Part shown: positions 1 to 10,109 of the stretch, one piece after another | Layout: each line of letters starts with the position of its first letter | How positions within the stretch are numbered: position 1 is the first letter of the stretch | UHGV virus genome: UHGV-0236300 | Direction: 5' to 3' (one strand) | DNA: 64,000 nucleotides | Source: a virus | The notes under the pieces: generated by a model | What the model was told of the DNA's origin: nothing | Seen by the model: the letters and a program-made list of their open reading frames with translations, nothing else | Database searches by the model: none | Made by a program: the position numbers and the translations under genes

Positions 1-763
1 TAACAAATATCTATTAAACCCAGATGACCATTATAAAAGTTGGACGTGGTGCGGTATTGCCGATGCGTTTGCAAAGGCCAATGGCTATAAAGATACAAAA
101 GAAGCCAAGAAAAAACTGCCTGATACATTTGATGATGAATTAGCACAATTTGCAATTGATAATGCAGAACGTGTATTTCAATCCGTTGCAATTGGCGGTG
201 GTGCCAAAATAAAGAGAAAAGAAACTATCGAGAAGTCAAAGAAAGATAGGGATAAGGTTTATGTACATCCAAATGAGGATGTCGAAGGCTTTTATATCGC
301 AAATGGTAGGCAAATGGTCTTTTATTCCAATAGGCTTTTGGAAATTGACGGCAAGATGCAGCCTGCTGAACTAATAACTGATGTTTGGACTGACATTAGT
401 TGGAATGGAATAGCAAATGAAGGCGGCGTTAGTTTCAAAAATGGAAAAAAGCCCGAAGCGCTTTTGAAGCGAATTTTCGAAATGTGTACGCGAGAAGGAG
501 ATTTAGTCTTGGATTCATTCGGCGGTTCAGGAACTACTGCTGCCGTAGCTCACAAGATGAAAAGACGTTGGATCTCTGTCGAGTTAGGTGATCATTGTCA
601 TACCCATATCATCCCGCGCTTGCAAAAAGTGATCGATGGCAAAGATCAAAGTGGTATTTCTAAATCTGTAAACTGGCAAGGTGGCGGGGGCTTTCGCTAT
701 TACAAACTTGCCCCGAACTTAGTTATGAAAGATAAGCTTGACTCAGAAGAAGATTTAGAGTAA
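1..763 (+). CDS. DNA methyltransferase (beta-class amino-MTase, N6-adenine or N4-cytosine type), C-terminal part; 5' end outside window
   Basis: ORF open from nt 2 to stop at 761-763; AdoMet motif DSFGGSGTT and KKPEALLKRIF segment typical of Mod-like MTases. Confidence 0.75.
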   Translation, partial: NKYLLNPDDHYKSWTWCGIADAFAKANGYKDTKEAKKKLPDTFDDELAQFAIDNAERVFQSVAIGGGAKIKRKETIEKSKKDRDKVYVHPNEDVEGFYIANGRQMVFYSNRLLEIDGKMQPAELITDVWTDISWNGIANEGGVSFKNGKKPEALLKRIFEMCTREGDLVLDSFGGSGTTAAVAHKMKRRWISVELGDHCHTHIIPRLQKVIDGKDQSGISKSVNWQGGGGFRYYKLAPNLVMKDKLDSEEDLE

Positions 764-822
764 TATTTAAAATATCTAAGGGTAGGTCTACTCTTCACAC
801 AAGATAAGGAGAACACCAAACG

Positions 823-1065
823 ATGAAGCGTTATAAACCATACACTTTTGAAATCGATTTCGAACTTGACGATATGCTCACTGTAGAAGCTCAGGCAGTT
901 GTCCAGTTGCCAGATCCGGAGTGCCGTGATTCTGATGTTGATTATTATGGATTTAGACAGATTACTGATGTGCATGTTTACCACACAACGGAGAAGAGGT
1001 GGATTTTCACCAGTTACCAAACGATCTGCGCCACTCGATTTACAAACGTGCAGCACGTGAACTAG
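823..1065 (+). CDS. hypothetical protein
   Basis: 80-aa ORF with AAGGAGA RBS upstream of ATG. Confidence 0.5.
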   Translation: MKRYKPYTFEIDFELDDMLTVEAQAVVQLPDPECRDSDVDYYGFRQITDVHVYHTTEKRWIFTSYQTICATRFTNVQHVN

Positions 1066-1126
1066 AGTCCTATCTGGATGCAGCGACGACAGCGGCAGCA
1101 TTTGCTGAAGAAGTAGGAGGCTTCTA

Positions 1127-1525
1127 ATGATTACAGATGTGAAGATTATCCAATACCACCTAACCAAATTAGAAGATGCTGAAAAAGAGCTTGCAGAAGT
1201 TCTGAACAGTGGGTATACTTTACTGACATGCTCCTGCTCAGACACATACATTGTGTGGACACTTGCTAAGAAGGAAGAGCCTGCATGGATCTTGGTGCCA
1301 AACCCAGAGATCGCTAGTGAAGTTGATGGCTACTCCCAAGATAACGGCTTGCCAGAAGGTTGGGAAGTGTGGGAAGGTGGTGAAAACCCTGCACCAGGTA
1401 AGTGGGTAAAATACAAACTACGTAGCGGTGCACAGTATGCTGACTACTCTGATGACCTAGACTGGAGTCACTCTTCACCAGGATCATCTGCAAGTGCATA
1501 TGATATTGTTGCTTTTCAGGAATAA
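1127..1525 (+). CDS. hypothetical protein
   Basis: 132-aa ORF, RBS GTAGGAGG upstream. Confidence 0.55.
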   Translation: MITDVKIIQYHLTKLEDAEKELAEVLNSGYTLLTCSCSDTYIVWTLAKKEEPAWILVPNPEIASEVDGYSQDNGLPEGWEVWEGGENPAPGKWVKYKLRSGAQYADYSDDLDWSHSSPGSSASAYDIVAFQE

Positions 1526-1537
1526 GGAGAGGGTGTT

Positions 1538-2020
1538 ATGTCAGATTTTATGTGGAAGGTAGGTTATGCCTCTCCTGAAATGTGTGAGGCTTGTTTTGTG
1601 AAAATAGGCCGCGAGGATATTGACAAAGTGATCCTTAAGTTTCGTGATGTGTCTGTAATCGGCAACCGAGTTCTTAAGCACTTAAAGAATCTGAAGCTCA
1701 CCAAGAAGAAGTTCTTCGGACTTTTCGAAGAGAAAGTTGATGCTTGGACCCATTGCATTCAGGAAGCTAAATCTCACTACAGTGCTATCGTTACTCCGGA
1801 ACGGGTAGCCAAGATGGAAGGATTCATCAACAGCACGGAGTTTGAGTGCCTAAAGGCTGCCCTTGATAGCTATCCAAAGTGCCTCAAACACCTTGACAAG
1901 TATGTAGAAAAGGATGGTGAAATGTATCTCACCCTGGACGCATACTATGAGATGCAAGAAATTTTAAATTTAGATTTGACATTGGTATCCACCGAGTATA
2001 CAATAGGTATCCGGGTTTAA
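1538..2020 (+). CDS. hypothetical protein
   Basis: 160-aa ORF, RBS AAGGAGAGGG upstream. Confidence 0.55.
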   Translation: MSDFMWKVGYASPEMCEACFVKIGREDIDKVILKFRDVSVIGNRVLKHLKNLKLTKKKFFGLFEEKVDAWTHCIQEAKSHYSAIVTPERVAKMEGFINSTEFECLKAALDSYPKCLKHLDKYVEKDGEMYLTLDAYYEMQEILNLDLTLVSTEYTIGIRV

Positions 2021-2027
2021 CACTATG

Positions 2028-2053
2028 CCCTGCCCGAAAGGGTGGGGCTTTTT
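2028..2053 (+). terminator. rho-independent terminator
   Basis: 8-bp stem CCCTGCCC/GGGTGGGG (G-U wobbles), GAAA loop, then CTTTTT; near-identical copy at 13029-13056. Confidence 0.6.
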
Positions 2054-2071
2054 GCATTAGGAGACAGCAAA

Positions 2072-2836
2072 TTGAAATTTATCTACAAAGAACACTACCA
2101 CAAAGGTGTCGTGTGGAGTCTATTTGACGGGTCTGGTGGTGCAGTTATTGACTGGGCAAAAGCTGGGTACCTGTGCCTGTGCTTTAATGCAGAAGGTGCT
2201 GACCACGGTAGTTATGCAGAGGTGATAACCGATCATCCTAACATTCACTATGTGGATTATTGGATTGATCCATGGTTCCCTCAAGAAACTTTTTGCATGT
2301 ATCCAGCTCCAGACTTTATTCTTGCATTTCCTCCGTGCACGCATTTAGCAGTATCCGGAGCTGCACACTTTAAGAAAAAGCTGGCTAAGGACCCACTGAT
2401 CCAAATTAATGCTGTGAAAGATGCTCGGGTTGCAGAAGAGTTGGGAGAGATTTATGATTGCCCGTGGCATGTAGAGAACCCTGTAGGAGTTATGTCAACA
2501 CTGTGGCGAAAACCTGATTACCGTTTTCATCCTTCGGATTATGGTGGGTATCTACCAGAGGACGATGTAAACCCATGGTTTCCTGAATTTATAGCTCCAC
2601 GTGATGCCTACCCAAAAATAACTTGCGGTTGGATAGGCAATGGATTTATAATCCCCGCCACAAAACCTGTCCCGCAAATAGTTGATGTGGTTAGTGGTTA
2701 TTCCATGCAACACGCTAAGCTAGGTGGAAAGAGTGCAAGGACGAAGATGATTCGAAGCCTTACACCACGTGGCTGGGCAAGAGCTGTATTCTTAGCAAAC
2801 GAGCCTGCAGTAAGGAGAAGAATTAATGGGCAGTAA
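2072..2836 (+). CDS. C5-cytosine methyltransferase-like protein (divergent, small)
   Basis: Motif I-like LFDGSGG, motif IV-like FPPCTHLAVSGA (PC dipeptide), motif VI-like HVENP; start taken as TTG 2072 after AGGAG, since GTG 2042 lies inside the terminator stem. Confidence 0.45.
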   Translation: MKFIYKEHYHKGVVWSLFDGSGGAVIDWAKAGYLCLCFNAEGADHGSYAEVITDHPNIHYVDYWIDPWFPQETFCMYPAPDFILAFPPCTHLAVSGAAHFKKKLAKDPLIQINAVKDARVAEELGEIYDCPWHVENPVGVMSTLWRKPDYRFHPSDYGGYLPEDDVNPWFPEFIAPRDAYPKITCGWIGNGFIIPATKPVPQIVDVVSGYSMQHAKLGGKSARTKMIRSLTPRGWARAVFLANEPAVRRRINGQ

Positions 2837-4904
2837 ATTCATGGCATCTGCATACAACCGTTTCGGTGAGCCAAACCCGAAAGCAACTAAGTATAAAAGT
2901 GGGGGAAGTGTGAAACGAGACTATCGTGATGAAAAAGAAGTTGAAACTGTAGAGACTGTTTTAGAAAATACTAAAATTGTCCCTGTTCCACAACAAAATA
3001 TTGGACTGATGGCTGCACAATATTTTGGTGTACGATCATCGCTATCCCAAGAGGATGGTGTAACTGTTACTGCCACCTACTTTCCGTATTATGACCGCTA
3101 CGGTAATCTATCTGGCTTTAAAAAGCGGGACTGGACAATCCCTAAAGAGCAAAGGGGCCATTTCTCGGTTGTTGGCATAGTAAAGGCCAACTCCCAGATG
3201 TTTGGTCAAAAGCTGTGTGCATCCTCCAACAACCGCAAGCAGATTAACGTTTGTGAGGGGGAAGGAGATGTTATTGCAGCGTGGCAGGCTGCATATCAGG
3301 TACAAGTAAAAGGAATTCTCACCAATACTAAAGCCCCGGCGAAGGTGAAGCAGTGGGCTAAAGAAGTCCAGGATGGGATTGATGCAGTTATCAACGGCGG
3401 TGATCTGGCAGGAAAACCATGCCTGCCTTTTGTCGGAATTAACTGCGGGTGTGCAAACGCCGTAGACACTTTTGCGAACAATGAGAAATTTATCCGTAGC
3501 TACGGAACAGTAGTCCTTGCAATGGACAACGATGCAGCTAACGAGGTAGAGAAGCAAAAACACGTTATCAAAGGTGTTGAAGCTACGCATAATATCGCAG
3601 CATTTTTGATGGCTGACAACGTTTACCACGTGGAATACCCAGGTGAGGTAAACGACCCTGATGGTGTAAAAGATATTCGTGACATGCTGAAGGCTAAAAA
3701 GCTGGAAGATATTGTCAACATGTTCCGTCACCCAGTCAAATATGTGCCTGATGCTGTATCTGATTTAGAAGACTTCTCCATTGAATCTCTTCGTAAGAAG
3801 ACTTCCAATGGCGTGGATATCAGTGCAGAGTTCCCTAAACTGCAGAAGATGCTGAAAGGACTCCACAAAGGCACCTTGATGATGCTGACAGGCCCGTCTG
3901 GCGGTGGTAAAACAACTGTAGCCAAGAAGCTGGAACATTGCATTGCAAGATACTTGATGGACCCAACATGCCCTAAAGCTGATGATTATGAAGAGGATGA
4001 TCGCCTGTGCCTGATTCACCTTGAAGAGGATCCTGAGGAAGCAATCAACTCTCTGTACGCTAACCAGCTGGGGTTTGATGTTAAAGAGTTTGTTGAAGAC
4101 CCCAGTCAGTTCCTGACCGATCAGGAGCACGCTGAGATTCATCAATCTTGGGCCAAGGCCGGAAAAATCAAAGTGTTCAAGCATTTCGGCTCCATCCCTG
4201 TAGATGAGCTGATCACTAAGCTTAAACAAATGGTGTGCCTGTATCACTGCCGTTACATTGTGCTGGATCACTTGTCTATGGTGATTTCAGGGCTTAATGT
4301 TAAGGATGAGCGTAAAGAGCTTGACATGGCTATGACTCAACTAGCCGCGTTCTGTAAGCAGTTTAATGTGTTTATCTTGGTGATTGCTCACCTGAAGCGC
4401 ACAGAGATTGTACCTCCGAAGGATAAGGATGGAAATCCGTTACCTTTCTGGTACCCTGTACGAAAAGAGAACCTTCGCGGTAGTGCCGGATTGGAGCAAC
4501 TTAGCTGGGTGGTTGTCGGGGTAGAGGCAGAGGAGATGGTGGATCGTTCCCGTGGGCGTGTCCGGCTGGTAGGTCTTAAAAACCGCCCAGCAAAAACCTT
4601 AGGTATTGCGGACACTCTAGTTATGGATCCCCACACAGGCAAGTTCCACGATGCCAGCAATTGGTATTGGGATAAAGAGATGCAGATGTTTACAGACGGG
4701 GAAGGTGGAGAGGTTGTTTGGAGACCTCAAGCTATGTTTGAGGATCAGGAGCATGCAGTTGTAGAAACACCTGTGGGCAAGGTTGTGGCTGATAAGGTTA
4801 TAACTCCTGCTGTTAACCCTGTTGACACACAGGAAGATCTTCAGTATGATGATCCGTCCTCTAACCACGTTCCTGGTTTTGAAGACGACGAAACACCTTT
4901 TTAA
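2826..4904 (+). CDS. DNA primase-helicase (T7 gp4-like)
   Basis: TOPRIM-like CEGEGDVIAAW; Walker A GPSGGGKTT; Walker B-like FILVIAHL; acidic C-terminus ending EDDETPF; RBS AAGGAGA. Confidence 0.85.
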   Translation: MGSKFMASAYNRFGEPNPKATKYKSGGSVKRDYRDEKEVETVETVLENTKIVPVPQQNIGLMAAQYFGVRSSLSQEDGVTVTATYFPYYDRYGNLSGFKKRDWTIPKEQRGHFSVVGIVKANSQMFGQKLCASSNNRKQINVCEGEGDVIAAWQAAYQVQVKGILTNTKAPAKVKQWAKEVQDGIDAVINGGDLAGKPCLPFVGINCGCANAVDTFANNEKFIRSYGTVVLAMDNDAANEVEKQKHVIKGVEATHNIAAFLMADNVYHVEYPGEVNDPDGVKDIRDMLKAKKLEDIVNMFRHPVKYVPDAVSDLEDFSIESLRKKTSNGVDISAEFPKLQKMLKGLHKGTLMMLTGPSGGGKTTVAKKLEHCIARYLMDPTCPKADDYEEDDRLCLIHLEEDPEEAINSLYANQLGFDVKEFVEDPSQFLTDQEHAEIHQSWAKAGKIKVFKHFGSIPVDELITKLKQMVCLYHCRYIVLDHLSMVISGLNVKDERKELDMAMTQLAAFCKQFNVFILVIAHLKRTEIVPPKDKDGNPLPFWYPVRKENLRGSAGLEQLSWVVVGVEAEEMVDRSRGRVRLVGLKNRPAKTLGIADTLVMDPHTGKFHDASNWYWDKEMQMFTDGEGGEVVWRPQAMFEDQEHAVVETPVGKVVADKVITPAVNPVDTQEDLQYDDPSSNHVPGFEDDETPF

Positions 4905-4962
4905 TGTTTAACCAAGAGTGGGAGGGGTAGTACAACCGCCTCCCCTTTAAGGAGAACTGTAT

Positions 4963-7386
4963 ATGAGCATGTGGTCGTTCGATTTTGAGGCCTCTGGCTT
5001 GCTGGAAGACCCAGATCTTTATTATCACTGCGGTTTGTTTAAAGAGCTGAATAAGAACCGTTTTATGCTGTTCCTTCCCCTAAATGACCGCACACACTAC
5101 TCTGAAGAGGATGTGGAGAAAGCTAAGAACTTCATTCTGGCAAAGAAGACCCTTTATACAGATTTTGAGGCTCGCATAGCAGATTTTTCAGAGTTGGAAG
5201 GCTGGCTTACAGGCAATTCAGACTGGTCACCTACGGCTTTGAACTGTCATAACTGCTACAGTTACGACTTTATGCTGATGGAAAGATTATCCGGTATTCA
5301 TTTTGATATGTTCCGTGATCCTAAATGCATGGGAACTATCAACGACCACCAGGTTAATCTGTTTGATACGTTAGCGATGAGTCGAATCTTGTGGCCTGAC
5401 CGCCCTTTGCCAAAAGGTTGTCCAGACGCAGTATTCAATCCAGTTACCAAGAAAATGCAGCCTGTTGGACCTCATGGTCTTATGGCATGGGGCTATGCCC
5501 TTGGTAACCAGAAAGTTCAAATCGATGACTGGCGGGAGCTTCCGCTGTGGAAGTATGTGGATCGTGTGTTCGAGGACGTTATCATTCAGGAGTTGCTCTG
5601 GAAGGAGTTGGTAGCGGAATCAAAAGGTGTATTCTACGGCAAATCTGACATGCAGAACTTTATGTACGATCCTGCCAAAGAGAAGCCGAAAGGCTTCAAG
5701 AAGATCACCTGGAAGAACGCATTACGCCGAGGCATGTTACAGCACTTCCTGATGGAGCTGCAGGCTCGACAGGGGGTGTATTTCGACATAGATGGGGCTA
5801 TTGCTTTACGTGATCGTTGCGATGCGTGGATGAAAGAGATCGCTGATCGTGTTGAACCACAGCTTCCTTTAAAAGAGTTATCAATGTCTCAGCGGCCTAA
5901 GTTCCCTGAAAAGCCGTTTAACCAGGATGGGACAATCTCCAATAATGGTTGGAAATGGTTAAAAGACAAGCTTGGCTATCCTGTGGACATGAGTGCTTTA
6001 GAATTTAAAGCCCCTCCTAAGCGAGCATTTACCTCCACAGGGGATGTAAGTAAGATGGGGATAAAATGGTGTGAAGAGATGGGCTGTAAAGACCCCGATA
6101 AGATGGCTGATTTCTTGAGGGGGTATATCAAAGGAACTTCTACACCACACCCTTTACCTAAAGAGCTGATGGATCAGGCGATAAGTGACCTACAGCAGAA
6201 GCGAATGCCTGACTGCAAGATACCCATGAAAATCAGCAATCAGGACGACATCAAGCGATACCTGATCAGTGCTGGTTGGCTCCCAACAATGTGGAGAACT
6301 AAGGATGTAACTAAGGATAGCAAGAAGAAAGCTTTACCTGATGCAGATGTTGATGCACGAGTATATGCATATATGGACGAGCTTTTGGAGTCAGAGTATT
6401 GTGACCTAATTATCAACTTCTGGAACAAAACTGATGCTAAGTTCCAGACAACTGTACATAAGTTCAGAAGCTTCCCTAACTCTGAAAGAATTAAAAAGGA
6501 AGTGTTCGGGAAAATACGTAGAAAAGCCAGAGCGCTTATTACTTCTCCGCAACTGAAAGATACGTTTGGGCACCTGTGCCCGAATCTTGAAAAATTGAAC
6601 GGAGAGATGGCTAAAGATATCGTTTTGTGGTTATCATTGCGAAACCGTAGATCGGTCCTTGATCCAATCAAGGAAGATAAGGTTGATACTGGTCTTCTTA
6701 ATCATCCACGTTTGAAGATTGACCACAAACTTCCTGCTAAAAGTTCTGGATTAACAAACACTTCCAGACAGAAACATAGTATTTGTGCAAACATGCCTAA
6801 ACCATCTCCTAAAGTGGTTATGGGTAAAGAGATGCGTAGTCTGTGGGGTGTTCCTCCGGGATACTTTGAGATCGGTATTGACGGGTCCAACTTAGAGCAG
6901 CTCATCGGGGCCTGGGGTGCCTTTGAGTTTGACAACGGTCTGTATTATGATGTTGTAAGTAACGGGGACGCGCACCAAAACAATGCTGAGGCATATACAA
7001 AAGTAGCAGGTAGAGAGGTGTCCCGTAACGATGGTAAACCTATCACGTATGGGGTTATGTATGGGGCACAAAAAGATAAAGTTGCAGATATGCTGGATAT
7101 CTCTCCCGAACTGGGGCAGAGAGTAATCGATGCTCTCTGGGATGCCAACCCAGGTCTTAAGGGGCGCAAAGAGGATCTGGAGAAATTCTGGGAAGCAACA
7201 GGTAAGAAATTTATCTACTCTTTTGACGGGCATGCTATTTGGACACGCTCTAAACACTCTTTGCTTAATGCATATCAGCAAAATGGCGGTGCATCACTGT
7301 GTGACCTAGTTGGGATACTCATGCACCACCAGATGGTGAAGCGTGGATGGTATGATGAGGGTGTTCGTCGTATTATTTATTACCAT
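4963..7386 (+). CDS. DNA polymerase, family A, exon 1 (proofreading domain, motifs A and B)
   Basis: Exo I FDFEASG; motif B RxxxKxxxYGVMYG; QQNGGASLCD segment like T7 QSAGALICK; frame hits stop at 7390-7392 just before the expected motif C. Confidence 0.85.
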
Positions 7387-8228
7387 AAATAACATTGTGG
7401 CTTCGTGCAGTGATGCACGTCGAAAACCTCTTTAATTGACGGGAAGGCTAAGTTGACTTTTACGCCTAAACATGGTAAAAGCTCAATATGCTAATCCGCA
7501 GCGAAGACTAAAGGGGTGTAGTTAAAATGGCTAGATCAGTTGATTATCACGGATATACCGTGTTTGATGATGGAACAATACCTTTATCGAAACGTGATCA
7601 TACAACAATGTTTTGTTTTGATAATGGTAGAGGTTACCTTTGCGTAACCATGCTCATCGAGGGGAAGCAGTGCACAAAAGGTGTCCACCACTTGGTTGCT
7701 GAATGCTTTGTACCGAACCCTGATCCTGAAAAGCTCACATGGGTGAACCATAAGGATGGAAATAAGTACAACAATGCATACTGGAACTTGGAATGGACTA
7801 CCCCTGGCGGAAATATCAAACACGCCTACGATAATGAACTCAGAGTAAGGCCAGTCGGTGAGTATAATGCCAACGCTGTACTGACCGAGGATGAGGTAAC
7901 GGAGATTTGTGAACTGTTGCAGAGTGGTCTACGACAATGCGAGATTAGGGATCTTGGGTATCCTTATGAGACGGTTAGGGCCATAAAGCAAAGAAGACAG
8001 TGGAAACATATCTCTAAAAACTACACCTGGTAGTAACGTTCAGAGACTATCGAAAGCATAGCTCCAACATAGTTTGGTGTGAAGAAGCGAGTAGAGTAGG
8101 CCAGCAAGTGCGGTCGAAATGAGAGGTGCCTTGGTGACAAGGCAGTGAGATAGTCCGATCCATACAGGAAACCGTATGGCTGTGCACGTAATGGTGCGGG
8201 GTAGCTTAACGACCTACCTGAACTATTG
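7387..8228 (+). mobile_element. group I self-splicing intron with HNH endonuclease ORF, interrupting the DNA polymerase gene
   Basis: Core elements P AATTGACGGGAAGG (7434-7447), Q AATCCGCAGC (7493-7502), R GTTCAGAGACTA (8038-8049), S AGATAGTCC (8148-8156); upstream exon ends in U (7386), intron ends in G (8228); candidate P1 between exon CCAU and intron GUGG (7397-7400). Confidence 0.8.
7527..8033 (+). CDS. HNH homing endonuclease (intron-encoded)
   Basis: HNH motif HHLVAEC...NHKDGNKYNNAYWNLEW; ORF sits between intron elements Q and R. Confidence 0.8.
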   Translation: MARSVDYHGYTVFDDGTIPLSKRDHTTMFCFDNGRGYLCVTMLIEGKQCTKGVHHLVAECFVPNPDPEKLTWVNHKDGNKYNNAYWNLEWTTPGGNIKHAYDNELRVRPVGEYNANAVLTEDEVTEICELLQSGLRQCEIRDLGYPYETVRAIKQRRQWKHISKNYTW

Positions 8229-8582
8229 GATGAGTACCAACTTCAAGTGCCTGACACACCTAAGTATAAAACTGTATACACCTTCGACACAATTGAAGAG
8301 CTGGAAACATTTAAAGCCCAACAAGAGGCTAAACTTCATGTGTTCGACGGTCATAAGTACAAAAAGGCACGCAAAGATGAGGACGGAAACGAAGTGGTTG
8401 ACAAGGACGGAAATACGGTATACGATCCTATCTTGAACGATGACGGAAAGCTTGAACTTATCTGGAGCCCTGTGGGCGAAATGGTGGTGCATTGCTTCTG
8501 GCAGGCTTCTAAAATGATGGGCGTTCCGTTCCAGATCACAGGTGAATACTTGTGCGGTCGTAACTGGGGCGATTGTCACTAA
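8229..8582 (+). CDS. DNA polymerase, family A, exon 2 (motif C and C-terminus)
   Basis: Begins GAT GAG directly after intron 3' G; with exon 1 gives YYH|DEYQ (motif C HDE); ends GRNWGDCH with terminal His as in T7 gp5. Confidence 0.7.
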   Translation, partial: DEYQLQVPDTPKYKTVYTFDTIEELETFKAQQEAKLHVFDGHKYKKARKDEDGNEVVDKDGNTVYDPILNDDGKLELIWSPVGEMVVHCFWQASKMMGVPFQITGEYLCGRNWGDCH

Positions 8583-8633
8583 TGTAAACTATCAACACAC
8601 GGAAGTGTTGTTAGACAAAGAGAGGAGACTTTT

Positions 8634-8918
8634 ATGGTAGTAGAACCAACAAAAACATTTACCTCCATGACTATCCCTGTCATTATGCAGGTAGAGTGCG
8701 TTCAGGTGTCCCAAGTGTGGCCCGGTACTAAAATTCCAACAGGGCCTGATTTCTTTCAGGTCGGCAAAGTGTATAATGTCTGGAAGGCACCGGATTGTTA
8801 CCCTTTCATTAAAGATGACCGTGGAATGTTATGGTATCTGGGGAATGATTTGACACTGCATCTTGGAAATGCTATTATTGCAGTGTTCCGGCTCAACAAG
8901 AAGGAGACAGATCAATGA
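8634..8918 (+). CDS. hypothetical protein, tandem paralog family member 1 (KDD-G-W motif)
   Basis: RBS GAGAGGAG; shares GKVY...KDDRG.LWYL with the next two ORFs. Confidence 0.5.
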   Translation: MVVEPTKTFTSMTIPVIMQVECVQVSQVWPGTKIPTGPDFFQVGKVYNVWKAPDCYPFIKDDRGMLWYLGNDLTLHLGNAIIAVFRLNKKETDQ

Positions 8919-9142
8919 CAACTTTGGTTAAAGCTACGTTTGTAGAAGAAAAGATGACAGACCTGTCATTCTTTGAAGAAGGTAAGGTCTACAAGGTTTA
9001 TTACGATAAGGATCGCAGGAACAATATGATCGAAGACGAGGACGGTATCTCCTGGTATATCTCCCATCTGTCAAATGGTGAGTATCATATCTATGGGACC
9101 ACCCTACTTGCCAAGTTTGCAGTTGTTGAAGAGGATCTATGA
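8915..9142 (+). CDS. hypothetical protein, tandem paralog family member 2
   Basis: ATGA-coupled start; GKVYKVY...EDEDGISWYI motif. Confidence 0.5.
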   Translation: MTTLVKATFVEEKMTDLSFFEEGKVYKVYYDKDRRNNMIEDEDGISWYISHLSNGEYHIYGTTLLAKFAVVEEDL

Positions 9143-9333
9143 AAGTAAAGTATCTGGCTGAAGGTATGAGTAGGTATTTTACCCTTGGGGAAGAGTATTG
9201 GCCCTTCACGGAAAATGGAGATGTATACGTGAAGGATGACCAAGGTGTGCCGTGGTTTCTGCACCCTAATGGGTTGGGATATTCCATCTACTGCGGTGCG
9301 GTGAACAACACAACCCTTGCAGAGTTTGTATAG
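9139..9333 (+). CDS. hypothetical protein, tandem paralog family member 3
   Basis: ATGA-coupled start; VKDDQGVPWFL motif. Confidence 0.5.
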   Translation: MKVKYLAEGMSRYFTLGEEYWPFTENGDVYVKDDQGVPWFLHPNGLGYSIYCGAVNNTTLAEFV

Positions 9334-9343
9334 AGGAGGTAGA

Positions 9344-9715
9344 ATGTTAGTAAAAGGTACCCACACAGTCAAGCAACGTATTGAAGTTGAGATTGATGAT
9401 TGTGAGCTGAAGCATATTTTACGGTCATGCTCCAACGTTTTGCTCCTTAGTATTCTTCAGGAGCGAGCGGAGAACGAGTTCTTAAATGCACTGGCAGGCC
9501 GTCCTGGGGACTTCTGTGTGCGTAAGCGTGAAGATCGTAAGTCATGGTTGTGGGAAATCGATGCCGACTGGGATTACCACAAAAATGAGGGTATAGATGA
9601 GCCTATTCGTGAATTGACAGACAAAGAGATTCAGATGTACAATGAAGTTTGTCATTGGGCAAAACGCCAACAAATTTACCTCGACCCTGTGTGGATGATT
9701 GAAAATAGTCATTGA
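9344..9715 (+). CDS. hypothetical protein
   Basis: ORF; ATG 9344 preceded by GAGGAGG. Confidence 0.5.
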   Translation: MLVKGTHTVKQRIEVEIDDCELKHILRSCSNVLLLSILQERAENEFLNALAGRPGDFCVRKREDRKSWLWEIDADWDYHKNEGIDEPIRELTDKEIQMYNEVCHWAKRQQIYLDPVWMIENSH

Positions 9716-9740
9716 CAAGAGGTAAGATTGGATATAAGAT
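9712..9740 (+). promoter_or_regulatory. sigma70-like promoter (candidate)
   Basis: TTGACA at 9712-9717, -10-like TAAGAT 17 nt downstream. Confidence 0.35.
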
Positions 9741-9791
9741 TCTTCACACAAACAGAGATTTGATTTTTAAATAATTGAGGAGACTGCTAAG

Positions 9792-10046
9792 ATGCAAATC
9801 ACTTTGAAGCCAGAATGCGTTGCAAATGACCGAGCTTTTAAAGATTGCACACTCGGTGCAATTTATGAAGCAGAATTTTGTGAGAACCCTCTGGTAAAAG
9901 CCCTTCTGGAAGAAGGAACCTATTTATCACAAGAAGAGCTTGATGAGTTGGAAAACTCGGCCCAGTGTCTTACCTTTAAAGATGATGAAGGGGATTCTGT
10001 CTGGTGCACTGTTAACGAAGTAGTTTTTGTAAAACCTGAGCATTAA
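9792..10046 (+). CDS. hypothetical acidic protein, paralog of 10110-10382
   Basis: RBS GAGGAG; RAFKDCT and KDDEGDSVWCT motifs shared with next gene. Confidence 0.55.
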   Translation: MQITLKPECVANDRAFKDCTLGAIYEAEFCENPLVKALLEEGTYLSQEELDELENSAQCLTFKDDEGDSVWCTVNEVVFVKPEH

Positions 10047-10049
10047 TAC

Positions 10050-10078
10050 TTGACAATAGAGATGGGGTCTAATATAAT
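10050..10078 (+). promoter_or_regulatory. sigma70 consensus promoter
   Basis: TTGACA, 17-nt spacer, TATAAT (perfect consensus). Confidence 0.6.
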
Positions 10079-10109
10079 GGCCCTATCAAAACGAAAGGAG
10101 ACCACAGCA

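Noticed and set aside
2042-2071. GTG start at 2042 for the C5-MTase-like gene
   Set aside because: It lies inside the upstream terminator stem; TTG at 2072 has a properly spaced AGGAG
3108-4271. Minus-strand ORFs of 168-207 aa inside the primase-helicase gene
   Set aside because: Antisense shadow ORFs fully within a motif-supported plus-strand gene; no RBS and low-complexity translations
7390-7392. Stop codon taken as the true end of the DNA polymerase
   Set aside because: The protein would end before motif C; intron core elements and an in-frame exon 2 give a better explanation
8176-8579. ORFs in other frames over the intron 3' region and pol exon 2
   Set aside because: The exon 2 frame is supported by the HDE splice junction and the conserved C-terminus; the alternatives have no support
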